A stretch of DNA of 64,000 bases, taken from assembly GCA_964016885.1 (NCBI GenBank), contig OZ024754.1, positions 27,776,001 through 27,840,000 of the forward strand, read 5' to 3'. Shown in pieces: positions 38,707 to 53,456 of this stretch; the stretch's first letter is position 1; each line of letters begins with the position of its first letter. A program made the translations under genes and the position numbers. The stretch is from Eledone cirrhosa (Eukaryota). The notes under the pieces are model-generated. The model was not told the DNA's origin. It ran no database searches and saw nothing but the letters and a program-made list of their open reading frames with translations.

Positions 38707-38946
38707 TACAATATTAAATAAATGGAAACTATATTTATAAAACCATATTTATTTCATTATATATATTTCGGGGATATCATATTAACAATATGCTATGCCT
38801 TCCTCAGACAAAATACAATATAAACAGTTTTATATTGTATTTTGTCTGAGGAAGGCATAGCATATTGTTAATATGATATCCCCGAAATATATATAATGAA
38901 ATAAATATGGTTTTATAAATATAGTTTCCATTTATTTAATATTGTA
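38707..38946. repeat. Palindrome, 118 bp perfect arms, 4 bp spacer
   Basis: 38707-38824 is the reverse complement of 38829-38946. Confidence 0.95.
38838..38903 (+). ncRNA. Minimal type I hammerhead motif (mirror copy at 38750-38815, minus strand)
   Basis: tattttgt-CTGAGGA-aggcatagcatatt-gtt-aatatgatatcccc-GAAA-tatata-TA-atgaaata. Confidence 0.75.
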
Positions 38947-39039
38947 AATATACTCCAAATATTTGTCGAGTGCTTTTATATCAGTTATACATATTTACTA
39001 GTTGTAACCCAACAATTTTAAATATAACTTTCCATATAT

Positions 39040-39074
<35 letters not shown>

Positions 39075-39284
39075 TATATATATATATATATATATATCAT
39101 ATATATATATATATATATCATATATATATATATATATATATATCATATATATATATATATATATCATATATATATATATATATCATATATATATATATCA
39201 TATATATATATATATATATATCATATATATATATATATATATATCATATATATATATATATATATCATATATATATATATATAT

Positions 39285-39337
<53 letters not shown>

Positions 39338-39377
39338 TATATATATATATATATATATATCATATATATATATATAT

Positions 39378-39510
<133 letters not shown>

Positions 39511-39607
39511 TATATATATATATCATATATATATATATATATATCATATATATATATATATATATATCATATATATATATATATAGATAGATATACACGT
39601 GTGTGTG

Positions 39608-39718
<111 letters not shown>

Positions 39719-41414
39719 TTTGTGTGTGTCGGATTCTTCTCTCCTTATCGGGGAAAATATACTCACACAAGCACACATACCCTTACAGATACGCATACAT
39801 ATATGTATGTATTATGTATACGGATGATTTTATGTATGAGTGATATACTAATCGTTATGTATAGTTAAAAACTACAATGATTTTAATATGGCACCACCAG
39901 GGTCTCCAAAATAACCGCCTCTCCTTACACGGAACGAAACAACCAATTTTGAAAGGTTCCTATTTAAATCGCCCAACGTAATTTATATAGGAACCAGTTA
40001 TTAGGTTATCTTACAAATAACATCTTCACAAAAAAATATAACGATTTGATTAAATTTTTCCGAATTTTTTCATTAATCAATTCAAATACAGCGTATTTTA
40101 TTAGAAATGTGGTCGCGAAAGGGTGAAAAGATCATACTGAGTTGATAGAACTGTTAGAATTGAGTAAGCGACAGATTAAATTCTCGTATTTTATTTTTTT
40201 ATTAGAAACATACAAGACTCAATGTTGCTTTTTTATCACTTGAAGTGCAATTATATAGAAAATCAGGAATTTGATCGACAATAAACCTCCTTCCAGAGTT
40301 TAATTTTGCATTGGACGAAGGGAAAGTAAATTAATATCATACCACACGAGGTTATATAAATAACATTTTGAGGTATCTTAAATTCAATGGATGCTAGCAT
40401 ATACAGTGGAATCCGTGAAGTAGGGGTATATATATATATATATATAAATGTAAAAAATGAAATTTCATTTCTCACTCTTAGTACGGCTGATACTTAAATA
40501 TATGACCTATCGTGATATTTTACGATTTAAATGATATACATGTGTAAGCTTATGTATTTATATAAATGTGACGAGGATATCACAATAAGCGACCATATGT
40601 TAAATATAAACATAGGATGATACGAGCAGGAAGATTTCGTATATTTTCCTTTTGAATTATAAAACACTTTATAACCATTGTTCATTTAACAATGATAGTT
40701 TGGATCATTTTTTGTGAGATCATCAATGTAAGATGGCTGAAAGATGAAAGCCATCAATATTTAAATAATGTGTACTATAGAAACGGAGTTGGATATAAAC
40801 ATTTTATGTGTGTCTGTGTCTGTGTCTGATGTGCGTGAGGTAGAGATGGGATAAATAATTTTAATGCTTTACATCAATACTTTTAATGTCTTACATCAAA
40901 CAGATGATCTCAGATAAAATAATCTGCTGATCAGTGACAACAAAGGAAACAATAAATTCAGAAACCTTTAAAATATGCTCCAACTTGATAATAAACGCTA
41001 CATGATTCATGCCATTCGTATGTAAAGAAAGCGTTATAAATCCTTAGATAACGAAAATGACGATTGACGGCCACCAGTAATAGTGCACAAAACAGAGATG
41101 ATCTCAGCGTTAAATATTAAAGCAGACGCTTTCACATCTTTAGAATACAGGACGTTGGTAAAACCTCGCCTGAATGACAGTGTATATTACATCACAGGAT
41201 ATGTCGGTCTGGGTCTATATTCAGCACTGAGAATAGAAGTTTAAAAACAGATGGGAAATTCACGTAATTGAAGAAAAGAATGGACATCAGAAAGAGAAAG
41301 TTGGACAATGATGTAGATAATGAGATTGACGATGAAGATGATAATGATAACGATACTGATTATGAATACAAAACCACGCCGATGATGGAATGAAAAGCAG
41401 TGAAGAAAATGACA

Positions 41415-41830
41415 TTAAGAGTGGGTCGTTCAGAGTGGCGTGACGAGGAGGTCGGCCTGCACTAAGACGGTAAGATAACAGGTGCAGACCGAAATCGTCA
41501 ACAACCCCTTCACAATAGTATTTGTGTGGATCACACACGCAGCCGTCCAGACTCTGTGTCACTCCAATGCGGGTGCACTCATCATGAAGAAGGGTACCGA
41601 TTTATGAGGAAGACACCGAATTTAGTCAAGCACCACTGCTTGAGGCAGAGCTGAGGCAAGCGAGACGGTGTTGGTCCAAGGAAGATTGATCCATCTGGAT
41701 GTGAACTCGCACTTCACGTCGTCCCAGTTACGTTGGACATCAGTCCAATCAGCCAGAGCTAATTCTAGCTGCCGTGTTACGTCAGGTTCTGTTTCTTTCG
41801 AGGGACTATATTGAAAAATAAACCTCATTT
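41415..41830 (-). mobile_element. Degenerate CRE-like non-LTR retrotransposon fragment
   Basis: CDPHKYYCEGVVDDFGLHLLSYRLSAGRPPRHATLND fits the CRE-type CxPHxCxCGxxVDxxGxHxLSCxxSAGRxxRHxxLND zinc-knuckle region. Confidence 0.7.
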
Positions 41831-42532
41831 GGTCATACAATGTGTGTATCTTGGTCAGCCAATGAAAGTTTCAGCCTATGAACCTTTCAGACAACCCTCG
41901 TAGTCCTACACACATCATATATAGAATATATAACCAGTAGTTAACCGTAAGACAATTAGCCAGTCGGTGATGATGATTCTATTAGTTATACCTTCAATTA
42001 TCTGATCCTTTGATGGCTACTGCAAATGCTCTTCAAGAATGCACTACTACTGCTGCTGTCATTTCATTCATACAAGGAAGTGTGTATATAAATATTGAAA
42101 TATGTAAAGTATTTAAATGTTATAACGTAAAGAATTTAAAATATGAAGGCTGACAGGGCGTTTATATGTAAGTGTTGGAATAAAAAATTAAAATAAATGT
42201 GATATATAAGAAATGTAAAGAAGAAAGATATACAAAAACTAGGCAAGCTCAATGAAGGTAAGAAGCTCTGAAATAAATAGAAGCAGAAATGAAATAGAAA
42301 TATATCGACGAGAAAAAAGATAGTGGAAGAGTGGCGGATGGGAGAATATAAGTAGAACGAGAAGAGGAAAATGGCGTAGGTAGGAGAATATAAAGTATTG
42401 CTTATCGCAAAACATACGTTGATTTAAGCTAACATAAGTTACTCTAAACTCAATAGAGGAAATATAAAAATTGACATATTTGTTCTCATGAACGCTTCTT
42501 TTTATATACTTCATATTTGCACATATATACAT

Positions 42533-42639
<107 letters not shown>

Positions 42640-42778
42640 CATACACACATATACATATATGTGTGTGCGTGTGTGTGTGTGTGTATGTATGTATACATAT
42701 ATATATGTATATAGATATATATTTCTCTATATAAATATATACATATATATATATATGTATATATGTATATAATATATA

Positions 42779-42819
<41 letters not shown>

Positions 42820-43109
42820 GTATGTATGTATCTATACATAAAGTCTTGCATTAAAAAACGCATATATATGTAGTTGAAGCAATATATTTCATACATATAA
42901 TCTATTTATATTTATTTTCATTCTCTTATGCCAATTATCATTTTTACCGATGCGAAAGGAAGCGTTGTCTTAAAATAATTTAAATAAATTCTTTAATATC
43001 ACAATTTATTAATTTCCCTTTTCACTTCATGTGTTCCAGTACATGAGCATCATTTAGAGACAGGCTATATAGTTATTAAAGCGTGAATGACTTAAACATT
43101 CGTCTGTTA

Positions 43110-43230
43110 AATGAAAGCACGTGGTTAGGGTATCGAGTTCACGACCATCACGTAGTGTGTTCGACTCTTAGATCAGGCCACACGTCATGTGCTTGAACAA
43201 GATGCTGCATTTTTTTGTTGTTCACATACT
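43110..43230 (+). mobile_element. tRNA-derived SINE head
   Basis: gtggttagggtatc...gttcgactc B-box-like; similar to the reverse complement of 60870-60973. Confidence 0.6.
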
Positions 43231-43459
43231 AGGACTAGGGGCCCCAAATATTTAAACTTTTAATAAACCTCCTGTGATCTGCAACTTTGTAGCAGGCCTG
43301 CTAAACATACCCAAAATCGTGATATCGACATGATAGGGCTGGAGTACCTATCATTAAGAAACATCCTATGAAATGCATCTTCGTATGAGTCCGACTTAGC
43401 CTGCAACCTTTTAAAGATAGCTTGGGTAAAGACCCCACCTTCCCTCACGAATGACCATG

Positions 43460-43728
43460 GGATTTGCACCTAGAAAGTTCCCCTCCGAGGTACACCTCCG
43501 GGCAATGTTGTTTGTGGAAGACCAGCAGTCGCCCATACATACCAGTCAACCCACCACCGATGCAGTCCAAATAAAAGGCAATGGTCGATACAGTTCGACA
43601 TTAATGGCGTGCATGACCTTGGGCAACGTGAAATGAAGGATACAACGCATCATCCAGTCTGAGAATCGAACTCGCAACCTCACGATTGCTAGCCAAATCT
43701 TCTTAACCACTAAGTCATACGCCTTCAC
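43460..43728 (-). mobile_element. tRNA-derived SINE
   Basis: Homologous to 60685-60973 (gttcccctc..gaccagcagtcgcccatacat..caacgtgaaatgaag..tcgaactc..taaccactaag). Confidence 0.75.
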
Positions 43729-44154
43729 CAAAGATAGCTAACAGTGCAGCATTAAGGAGTGTGCTTGATATACCATACTCATTCGCTGTTATTTCACTAT
43801 AGATATTTTATGTGAAGAGTATGGCTTGTAATGTAACCAAATATCGCTGTTCTAAAACTCCATTGCTCTGTCGAACATGAAAAGCATATATACGCATGAT
43901 TCTTTTTTTTGGGGGGGGGGGGGGGGGGGGCACGCGCACACGTCTTTTGTGTTTTCATATGCTTCTATATATGTGTGTACATTACCAAATTGAACATATG
44001 AATGTATTTTCAGCTCGATAGTTCGGTAAATAAGAAGCCAATAAACACATCTCAAAAGAAGGCAATCGAATCCCCTATTTACAGTTATGAGTGGCAAAAG
44101 CAAAGAGTAAATCAAGCGCTTTAACAGCTGCCATCTTTAAAGTATTGCTTTAGT

Positions 44155-44195
<41 letters not shown>

Positions 44196-44198
44196 TAC

Positions 44199-44260
<62 letters not shown>

Positions 44261-44637
44261 GTATATAAGTGATATATATATAAGTGATCGCTAACAATTT
44301 CAACGCGTGGATTGACTGCATTGAACGATTTTGACACTCCAACCTAAATACCCTTCCCATCTAATAGAGAGTCTTTTCTTGTAGAATAAATTTTATAATA
44401 TTTTTTGTCAAATATCTACGTAAAACGTAATTCCTTTGTTGAATATTCTATTTGTTGCTTTGCATCAAGTTCTTTTTTCTTTTTTTTTGTGAATAGTTTT
44501 TATCGGCGTTTTATTTTATTCAAATATTGATGCTCATTTGTTCGCCACAACTCTCTCTCTCTCTCTCTGTATATCTCATATTCTCCGCACACACATATGT
44601 ACACACACACATAAACACACATACATAGACACAAACA

Positions 44638-44733
<96 letters not shown>

Positions 44734-44903
44734 TTTAATTGAATATAAGAGAAAAACGAACACAGATATATACATATGTGTTCAAATCGTAAGGGCCAAG
44801 ATTCGCTAAGGTGAAAAGGATATCCTAGAGCTATTTTATTGTAAGAGACTATTTTGAGTTTCTAACTCAATATATACCTTATACCTTTGATATATATATA
44901 TAT

Positions 44904-45317
44904 ACTAGACCTGAAAAATAAGCAAGCTCAAAAGAGCCACAGGATGTTATAATAAACCTTCAAAAGTGTGGGACTAGAGTAGTTGCTTAAAAATATTGTA
45001 ATCATTATCTATCGTACATTCTGTGGCATCCTTTTATAAAAAAAAAGAGACTCTTAACGAACTCAAGATGACACGATAATTGTTTAAGCTAATGTTCAAT
45101 ATCTCATATTAGATGTTTAGTAATGATTAATACAAAATGCACTTAAACCGAATTCTATATTATAAATTCACTTAAATAATTATCGTGTCATCTTCAGTTC
45201 GTTATGAGTCTCTTTTTTATAAAAGGATGCCACAGAGTGTACGATAGATAATGATTACCATATTTTTAAGCAACAATTCTGTGGCCCTTTTGAGCTTGCG
45301 TATTTTTCAGGTCTAGT
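44904..45317. mobile_element. Foldback/MITE-like element with long imperfect inverted arms
   Basis: actagacctgaaaaata...tatttttcaggtctagt. ~145 bp of paired arm, a ~40 bp extra segment in the left arm, ~80 bp spacer; no clear TSD. Confidence 0.7.
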
Positions 45318-45348
45318 TTAATATATTAACATATAAATTAACAATATA

Positions 45349-45495
45349 ACTTACCAAATCGAGAAAAATATTTTGATGATAAACGACGAAATACAGGAGG
45401 AAGATTCGAAAGCGAAACGATAAATAAACGTGCAAACGAAATGGCGGATGCTTTTGAGCAACAATTATCCTCGTTGGCTGATTAGCCAATAAGAC
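45349..45495 (-). promoter_or_regulatory. Candidate host promoter and non-coding first exon
   Basis: Locally CpG-rich, CCAAT at 45486-45490, YY1-like CCGCCATTT (45447-45439), and ttg|GTAAGT donor at 45354-45349. Confidence 0.4.
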
Positions 45496-45609
45496 GATAC
45501 ATTAGAAAACATGTTTGGCAGCGATCATCACGGCCAGCGACACCCCTTAAATGTTTTATTCACAAGACACGCAGACTTAAAACATTCTGTTGTTAGTCAC
45601 TGCGTGCCT

Positions 45610-45668
<59 letters not shown>

Positions 45669-46571
45669 TGTAGTAAAAGCTTTGTGTAAATATCCAAGGA
45701 TTTAGAGCACTCAGTCCGTGGGACGAGTTATCTATAATCAGCTACAACCGTGTCATTACGCAGGTACTTAAATAGTTACTTAAATTCCGTTGCGTTTAAA
45801 ACCAACTCATTCACCCAGCCATTCACCCGGGAGGATATATAGCTATATGGTTAAAAATTAATTTCGTATCCTTATAATTCTAGGAAAGCTAATCCTATAG
45901 GGCAAGACATATCGACTAACTTCAGCCTGATACTAAGCTGTTAATAACCATTGGTAGCCTGACAAGTTACCAGTCTCCCCCTGTCATCATTGCCACAAGC
46001 TTACAGAGAGAAGATAATGATACTGTAAGATCTTTTCCTATAATGTGAATCACGGGTTTTAGGTGTCAAGGTTGGTCCATGTTGTTACTTGTGAATTACA
46101 TATAATTAAAAAGAAATCATTTGTTCTTGTAAACTAAGCATTTATTAACTAAACATTTATTAACAGAAGTTACTGTAGTGATACTGTAGACGGGGAAACA
46201 TTCGTTGTTGTTGTTTTTTCACGTGAATAGATGAAACTATTTTGTGTTGCAATGGTGAAAATTTAACAGATGAATTTGACAGATCTCTTACGTTTTGGGT
46301 TATTTTCTTTTTTGGTTTTGTTTTGCCAGCAATCAATCACATTTCGTTGTTTACGAATATGTTTATATATATAACCATACTGCTCGTCTACTGCATGTTA
46401 TATATATATATATATATATATAAATTAATAAAGTAATGAATAAACAAAGAAACAGTTCCTTATATTAAAAAAATTCATCATTTTACGATCGTTTCTAGGA
46501 TATATATGTGTTAGTGTTGGTATGCATATTTATACAAACTATCAGAGGGAATATACATACCTACACATATA

Positions 46572-47034
46572 TATGCTGTCTTCAGAAATAATGATATTTG
46601 TTTATTGAAAAAAACAAAGATTTAATACAATAGGTCTGTTTGGGAACAGGTTTTGAATTGACCAATAGAAAGATAGTAATCTAGGTCAAGATAGTAATCT
46701 AGTAGTAAAAGAACCTTAATTTATGGGTAGAGGAAGGTAGATTTCAGTTTTGGATGGAAAAGAATATTATGAATGAAAGATTATTTTAGGGATGAAAATA
46801 GGTCGAATGCTGACCTCAGAAATAATTATATTTGTTCATTGAATAAAACCAACAAAGATTTGATATAGTCTGTCTGTTTGGTAACAGGTTTAGAATTAAC
46901 CAATAGAAAGTTAATAATTGGCCAAATGGTAAAATAGTAGTAATTGAAGTTTATTTTAGGGGTAGATGAAGGTAGATTTCAGTTTTGAATGGAGTGTGAA
47001 GAATGAGAAAGTTATTTTAGGGGTGAAAATAGGT
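46572..47034. repeat. Diverged ~235 bp tandem duplication
   Basis: atgctg..tcagaaataat..tctgtttgg..gaaggtagatttcagttttg..gaaaataggtc occurs at 46572-46804 and 46808-47034. Confidence 0.8.
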
Positions 47035-47393
47035 CAGGTCAGTAAAAAGTATACGAACAGTTGCTGTTATAAAATAGTAATGCCGATGCAAATATCTAAG
47101 GAGACTAAAATTTTACGATAAGAGTGTTAGTGAAAAAAATACATCCATGAAAAGAATATAAATTAATTTAATTGATGGGTATATTTATATTGATAAAATT
47201 ATACTAATGCATATAGATATGATAAATAAGAGTTAGATGTAGTTGAAGAGTGTTGTTAAAGATGAGGGGAAATTAAGAGAATATAAAAATAATATATATA
47301 TATATACACATATATACACACACATACACACACACATATATATATATATATACATACACACATACATATAAATATATATACATATATACATAC

Positions 47394-47451
<58 letters not shown>

Positions 47452-47522
47452 ATATATACATACACACATACATATAAATAGATATACATATATACATATA
47501 TACAGTATATATATATATATAC

Positions 47523-47559
<37 letters not shown>

Positions 47560-47564
47560 CATAT

Positions 47565-47661
<97 letters not shown>

Positions 47662-47704
47662 GAGAGAGGGGGGGATGGAGAGAGAGAGGAATAGATAGAG
47701 AGAG

Positions 47705-47766
<62 letters not shown>

Positions 47767-47769
47767 AGG

Positions 47770-48188
47770 AGAATATCCTCGCGTCGCATTCTCAAAGACT
47801 TATGGTACGATGGTAGGGTGAGCTGACTGCCAGCTCACAATTAGCGGTGCGGTCAGGCCTGCACTACAAGGAGATCTGCAAGATAAAACATGAAAGTGTG
47901 CAACATCCACGTCGCCACCTGGGAACGATATGCAGGTGCTCGTGCAGCTTGGTGCCTCGCTGTCAGGGTAGGTGTACAGACAGCAAAACAGACAAGGAAC
48001 AGAGACTTTCCTGAGAAATCGGTGAGAAGGAAGGAGTGACTACGACAACCGCAACATGTATCGTGGATTATCTACAGCAAATGCATTAGGGACTGCCATG
48101 CACGTATTGAACTGTTCAGTCTCTCACGAAAGTGCTCTTCACGTTACATCATCGTCACTCGTAGACGGAGGGATGGCAGTCAGTCAGT

Positions 48189-48190
<2 letters not shown>
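47770..48190 (+). mobile_element. RTE-clade LINE 3' fragment
   Basis: [61 protein letters not shown], then a short 3' UTR ending in (cagt) repeats. Confidence 0.75.
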
Positions 48191-48262
<72 letters not shown>

Positions 48263-48361
48263 TGTGTGTGTGTTTGTGAGCGTGTGAGTGTGTGAGTGTG
48301 TGAGTGTCTGTGCGTGTAATTTTGTGCATACGAGAGGGATGGTAGTCAGTCAGTTATATAC

Positions 48362-48444
<83 letters not shown>

Positions 48445-48516
48445 AGTGTGTGTGTGAGCGTGTGAGCGTGTGAGTGTGTGAGTGTGTGAGTGTGTGAGTG
48501 TCTGTGTGTGTAATTT

Positions 48517-48547
<31 letters not shown>

Positions 48548-49465
48548 GTTTTGTTTTGTTGTTTGTTTTTATAAATCTATAGTATCGAAGACATCTCTTC
48601 GGAAAGTATTCGAACTTAATCAAGCTAAAAGTTGTCCAGCTTTTATTGTTGATAGCATCAGTAGCATTCCAAACTACATATGCCTTGCGTTGCATTTTTC
48701 TTTTCTTTACAAACTCTCCCATTTGGCAGACGTTCTAATATGGCTTCCTTTAGTATTCATTACCGAATGTCAATGTGTTATGTGCTGAAAATCGTCTTCA
48801 TACGCTTCACTAGACAAATCTATTGCTGGCAAAGATGTTCATTATATTATCTGAAATATAATTTCATATGACAGCCATGCGGATCTTTGATACATGTCGA
48901 AAGCAAATCTAACGTTTCACAAAATGCTTCGAGTTGGACAGAAAATCTGAGATCCTCTTTCACTTTTCATTTCTAACAGTTTACTCAGCGATACCTAATT
49001 AACACAGTCACCGATTTTGGTACTTGATAGTATTCTTGAAGTCATTACACTGTCATTTATTTCCATCTCCATATAACTACTATTATATTAAAACTTTTAT
49101 ATGTGTATATGTCATGTAAATGTATATTACACACTGGAAAGCGGGTGCTAACAGTATATGTATGTGTGTGTGAGTGAATGAGTGAGAGTAAGAGAGTGAG
49201 AGAGAAATATAGAGAGAGAAGGATTGGTATTTTTCTTTTATTCCCTCAATGTAACAACTGTTAAAAGGAAAAGGAATGCTTTGAATATATGTGCGATTTT
49301 TATACCCAAAATTTTTTATATTTGTTTTGTGTATACATACATACATACATACATATATATATATAAATTTTGGTACGCTATCATCAGATAAAATACAAAA
49401 TGTTTTATAAATATTTGACATAACCAAGGATAATATACCTTAACGGTTCCAGTTATCCCTGAAAG

Positions 49466-49546
<81 letters not shown>

Positions 49547-49549
<3 letters not shown>

Positions 49550-49866
49550 TTGCGAGGTTTTTTATATGAAATCGTGTGTCGAAACAAATATTGTTATACT
49601 TGGGGAGGGTCATATTGTTGTAATAATATTACCAAAATTAATAACAGAACACACTCGCTGTTTGGTTGGTTTTCGCTTCTGTATCTTTTATTTCAGTTAA
49701 TTTATTCGGTCCTCAATGTTTCCCATTGACTAACCAATGGTAAAAAATACAGATATAATATAGACAGAAACACATATATATAGTCTAAAAAAGTTCTTTC
49801 GTTGCACATCTGCAACATCGTCAGTGGTGCTATTATGTTTCCTCCTGTTGTATTGTATGTCTACGC
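49547..49866. mobile_element. Dispersed repeat (second copy at 52980-53290) containing a partial minus-strand hammerhead core
   Basis: Colinear with 52980-53290. Minus strand CTGACGA-t-gttgca-gatg-tgcaac-GAAA at 49824-49797. Confidence 0.7.
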
Positions 49867-50076
49867 TATCTTTATTTAATCTGTTTATTTATTTATTTAT
49901 TTTTGTCTTCTCTGCGCATGCATTTGCGTGTGTGTATAGTGTTTGATATGTGTTCACGTTTGGGTGACTGTGTTTTGGTTATTGTATTATATCTTAGTTT
50001 ACTAGACGTTCCTGGAATGGCTCCGTTGTAGTTACTGGCTGTAATAATTATATATACGTACACACAGATGTATACG

Positions 50077-50109
<33 letters not shown>

Positions 50110-50127
50110 TTATGTGTGTATGTGTGT

Positions 50128-50219
<92 letters not shown>

Positions 50220-50529
50220 ATATAAATTCAAATTGAAGGATATATGTATATAAAACTTGTAACTGAATCAGCCAGCCTATTCAAACACTGTGCCACACTG
50301 TATCTCTCTCTGATCTACGTTAAGATATAAGAATATATATGAATATAAGATATATCTGAAGAAAGTTCAGTTACGAAGGCTATAATATAAAATGAATTAT
50401 GACAGTGTAATTCAAAGAGCCAGTCTTTTTCCGCAATGTCTTATTGATTCTACCTGAGAATCAAGCTAATGGAACACGTGCATATCGAATGTGTGGTCAG
50501 TTGAATGTGGAGAGGAAGCACACGAGTTA

Positions 50530-50587
<58 letters not shown>

Positions 50588-50779
50588 ACAGGGAGAAAAA
50601 GACGATTATTAGGAAGAAAAAGTTTTTTTTTTCCCTTTTTATTTATTGCTCTCTTTTTTCTGGGTTAGAAAATGATTAAAACGAAATATTTTACTTTGTG
50701 TGAAGTCTTAAGGTATTAGTTGATTTATTTATTAATTAACAATGCCATTTATTTATTTATTTATATATTTAATAATTGT

Positions 50780-51470
50780 CTATTACCGCTTTCAGCATTT
50801 TTAAGCATTATCAAATGATAGTGATATGTATTGGTGTAGAATGGTGGTATTGGACATGTTAAGGAAATGGGGAAGAAAGAATAATGTTATTTACAAACAA
50901 GGTTTATGAAGTGAAAAGAAAAAAGAAAATAGAAAGTAAGCAGAGTAATGTGGAGCATAAAAAGTCAATGTGAAAGAAAAAATAATGTTATTTACAGGCA
51001 TAGTTCTTGAAGTTAAGCAGATCAAAATGTGTTAATATAGCAAGGGTGCTTAGTTGATCCATGATGGAGGAAAATTGTGGACTGGGGTTTGATATGATTT
51101 CTCTTTTTAGAGAGTTAATATGCAGGGCGACGTAATTCATGCTGGATGATATTTAATTTATTTAAGAAAAAGGATTAGGTAGGGTATGAGGGAGGTAACT
51201 CTTGTAAATGTTTGATTGTTCGTTCCAGTTTTAGTTTAGTCCGAAGTTTACTGCATTAAGTTGAGGTTGGAATTTGTTAATGAAATATGTTTCCTTATTG
51301 GTACGGTGGATGAAAGTAGCGTTGTCTATGAATTTGTAAATGGGGAAAATTTTTAAGTTTGGATGTTGGTTGGGTGCACAATTGGCGATATGTTCACTAA
51401 ATGCAATCTGTATTCCTGTATTCCTGTATTCCTGTATTTTGATTTGTGATTCATGGACGGTCATATGCAC
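50780..51470 (-). mobile_element. Penelope-like element 3' fragment (GIY-YIG C-terminus, UTR, degenerate hammerhead)
   Basis: FSEHIANC..LKIFPIYK..RTNKETYFINKFQPQLN. Downstream TTGATAA-tgc..gct-GAAA-gcgg-TA-atag at 50821-50780. Confidence 0.7.
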
Positions 51471-51589
51471 TACATAGGACAGACAAAAAACAACCGCCGA
51501 CAACGTATAACAAACATCCATCCCAATCCCCACCCTCTCCTACCACCAGCTAAGGAAATACATAAATACTACCATTTACTTGGACAACC

Positions 51590-51640
51590 AGCTTCCTGAT
51601 GATTTCTCACGAATGAAACAGTTCTAGTCCTGTAGAAACT
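51590..51640 (+). ncRNA. Type I hammerhead motif
   Basis: agcttc-CTGATGA-tttctcacgaat-GAAA-cag-ttctagtc-ctg-TA-gaaact; same family as 56893-56941. Confidence 0.75.
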
Positions 51641-51664
51641 CTTCTATATTAAAACTATACGTGC

Positions 51665-51722
<58 letters not shown>

Positions 51723-51812
51723 AAAATTAAATTAAGGGTGTCATATCGGAGATTATTCCCTGCGATTGTTTCATGTTTATTTTAGATATATATATATATG
51801 TCAATCAATTTC

Positions 51813-51863
<51 letters not shown>

Positions 51864-51879
51864 TACATATATATATATC

Positions 51880-51910
<31 letters not shown>

Positions 51911-52091
51911 ATATATAAATATATATATTTACATATATATATGATTATTTATATACGTGTGTGCGTATGTATGTGTGTGTATATATATATATATAGAGAG
52001 AGAGAGAGATGTTAACATGAATGGAGCTGTAATTTTTATCTAAAGACATTTTTCCTAATTCCAACCCACCCGATCTTATTCCTCACTCTTT

Positions 52092-52125
52092 CTTCTGATG
52101 AAGGACTGGCGTCCTAAACGGTAAG
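52092..52125 (+). ncRNA. Degenerate minimal hammerhead motif
   Basis: CTGATGA-a-ggac-tggc-gtcc-TAAA-cggtaag (GAAA mutated). A more decayed relative lies at ~58970-59001. Confidence 0.5.
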
Positions 52126-52240
52126 TCCCTCTTCCTGCTATTTCATGCCGTTAACCTAATATATTCCTACCATATACTGGGTGATTGTATTGTTATTTCT
52201 GTTCACCTTTTACACACACACGTGCGCGCGCGCACACACA

Positions 52241-52345
<105 letters not shown>

Positions 52346-52979
52346 GTGTATGTATGTACGTATATGAAGTACAATTGTTTTCATTACATGTACTAATTCT
52401 TTTTATACATTCTTAATTCTGTGATATTACGGATTATTTAGCTTTCAGACGAGTCTATAAGAGCCAAATCGATACAAATAAATGTTCAATGCTTGTCAAA
52501 CGCAGGCTTAATGAGAAGAAGTGTGTCGCCTGTGTGTATGAGGGGAGTGTTGGTAGTCTAGACAGAAGACCTGGTTCGAATACATCCAATAATGGTTTCA
52601 TTCAAAGACTCCACAGAAACAGGTGCAGGTTTTATTCTCAAACAAGTCTAAATACCTATTTTATCTACTCCCGTTTTCATTTTGTGCCTAAGGTGAATGA
52701 TTTCTTGTTTCGTTTATTTTATTTTATTCATTCTGACTAAAAAAAGGCCGTGATCTTGATAATGTAGATATTTATAGACATATAATATATATATTTATAG
52801 ACATCTGCATGTATATGAATATGTGTATATACATAAGTATACACGCAAACACACGCTTATGCATCGTATGCGTTTGTGTGTGAAAATATATATGTACGCT
52901 AGTTATCTCATTGAATGAGTGTCATGGCCGGGAGTCAATTAAATAAATACGGAAACTTTCGTATATATATATATATATT

Positions 52980-53371
52980 TGTTTTGCAAGTTTATTTTTA
53001 TGAAATCGTGTGTTCAAACAAATATTGATATATTTGGGGAGGGTCGTATTGTTATAATATTGGCAGAAATAATAATAGAACAGACTCACATTTTGGTTTG
53101 GATTGGTTTTCACTTCTGTATATTTCATATCTCCATAGTTAATTTATTTAGCAATCAATGTTTATCATTGATTGACCAACTGTTAAAAATACAAATATAA
53201 ATATATATATATAGTCTATCTTTCGTCACACATATGTGACATCATCAGTGATACTATTATATTTCCTCCCGTTGTATTGTAATTCCTACGCCAAGATACA
53301 GAAGCGAAAACGAATCCAAACCAAACTGAGTGTTCTGGCAATATTATGACAATATGACCCTCGCCAAATAT

Positions 53372-53378
<7 letters not shown>
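52980..53378. mobile_element. Dispersed repeat with diverged inverted ends and a partial hammerhead core
   Basis: 53023-53121 is approximately the reverse complement of 53296-53378. Minus strand CTGATGA-t-gtcaca-tatg-tgtgac-GAAA at 53248-53221. Confidence 0.7.
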
Positions 53379-53453
<75 letters not shown>

Positions 53454-53456
<3 letters not shown>

